DNA of 64,000 nucleotides from Albugo candida (Eukaryota): NCBI GenBank assembly GCA_040437565.1, contig JBDOQK010000040.1, positions 186,001 to 250,000 of the forward strand, read 5' to 3'. Shown piece by piece: positions 62,621 to 64,000 of this stretch (position 1 is its first letter; each line of letters starts with the position of its first letter). The notes under the pieces were generated by a model. It saw only the letters and a program-made list of their open reading frames with translations, ran no database searches and was not told where the DNA came from. The position numbers and the translations under genes were made by a program.

Positions 62621-64000
62621 CGGGATAATTTAGAGACTCCACTAGTCGTCTTATTATGCCATAAATGCTTTCAAGAAGATCCAATTGTAATTGCTATTGA
62701 ACACATAGTAGTCGCACCTTAATAGGATAGAAAAGAGATGATAGTTAATTGCTACTCTGTAGCTTTCTGGTCAAGCATAAACGCACTAACCTAGGTCTAC
62801 GAAAAAAGTATTTGAAGTGTAATCAAATTAGCAGTCAGAACACGACTCGGATACGAGCACTGAAACAATCGAGCTCTTCATACAAGCCTTGCAATTCTAC
62901 ATTCTTTAACATTGAGTGAAGAAGGTGAACTTGAAGCCTATATACTATGCGCATCAAGCAAACAAGATACTCTAGTTTAAGAATATTTAGCGTTTGCCAG
63001 TCCCTCGAGAAGATTTGGCGACACGAAAGGTGTCCAGAACGGAGCACCTCAATTCTTTTACTATTCTTACCATCTCATATGAGTACAACATTTAAAAAAA
63101 GCCTTTGAAGTCAAGCCATTTGAGGTGGCAGAGATGCGCTTCCATCAATACGATTGATAGTCGCTGCAGTTTGGAATGGAGCCAATATGACGCAAAAAGA
63201 GAAAGCACGTCGATGACGCTGCTCGTATTTATCGATATTGCGAAAAAGCAGTCGATGCAATTTGCAAATTGTGGGACACCGAAACGAAAGTTCAAAACCT
63301 AATAGGGAGTAGAATCATGTAAAGTAAGCTATAACGGATCACTTGAGAACCATACGTCAAATATATATGAAACGTAAATGTCGCAGTAAGTGATACCATT
63401 AGACAAGCGAAACCGCAGCTGATATCGCCAGCTGTTGAGCCGCTCACAAAAACTAACTTAGCATAAAACAGTAGACACATTCACTAGTGATATCGCTCGT
63501 GTCATATCCGTATGATAAATTTGACCGAAGAGTGAACTTCCTGGAGAGAAACCTATTCTAGAAAAGCATAACCCGTCAGCAACGCGGATAGAAATCAAAT
63601 TCAAAGATTGTTACATTGGAGCGCTGAAAATCAAATGATGTGTGTTCGAACAGTAGACCCTAGTCGAGTTGTAGCATTAGCAATTGTTATTGTGCATGAA
63701 CTAAATGTATCAGATTCTTGATGCTGATTAGTTTTGTGGCGTTCGCTGTTGTTCGAGGCGCATTAATTGTCGTCATTTAGATGCAATTTCCCGTGTTGTG
63801 TTGTAGAGGTAATCTTCCTGTATTCGTAAAAGATACTATACAATGAGTTTTGAAATCGAATCATGACAGCAAAAATATATATAGATAAGAAGACTCGCCA
63901 TATCGCTTGCTCTTTTGTCATTTGTGTGCAACAAGCTTTTCAATTACTTTGGGAGATCCAGTATATCGGACATCCACAGCGTGCAATCTGATCTCCAACT

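Overview
Eukaryotic draft-assembly window with eleven 100-N gaps. It is probably oomycete and Albugo-like; this is an inference from Inr/FPR-type core promoters, compact intron-poor genes and the Copia primer-binding site, not a database match. The main content is an expanded cluster of seven paralogous genes for predicted secreted proteins: five intact (A 3336-4322, C 15269-16060, D 23948-25324, E 30314-31333, F 57278-58396) and two disrupted (B 8216-9835, G 46181-46987). Copies A-F share signal peptide + CPF-x5-C Cys module + one lobe resembling the pepsin (A1 aspartic protease) C-terminal lobe without an intact D[T/S]G motif, followed by a hypervariable tail. G is a divergent member lacking CPF. 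Five copies sit in a duplicated cassette: NT-C2/coiled-coil gene (intact at 1-2892, decayed elsewhere), conserved promoter, secreted gene, decayed downstream block. About 1-11 kb is mirrored in inverted orientation by about 22.3-34.1 kb. Between these lie a degenerate LINE, an old Copia LTR element, a probable gypsy relic, a MITE, a tRNA-Arg(CCT) next to a tRNA-derived SINE-like head, and several gap-flanking duplications that are probably assembly artefacts.
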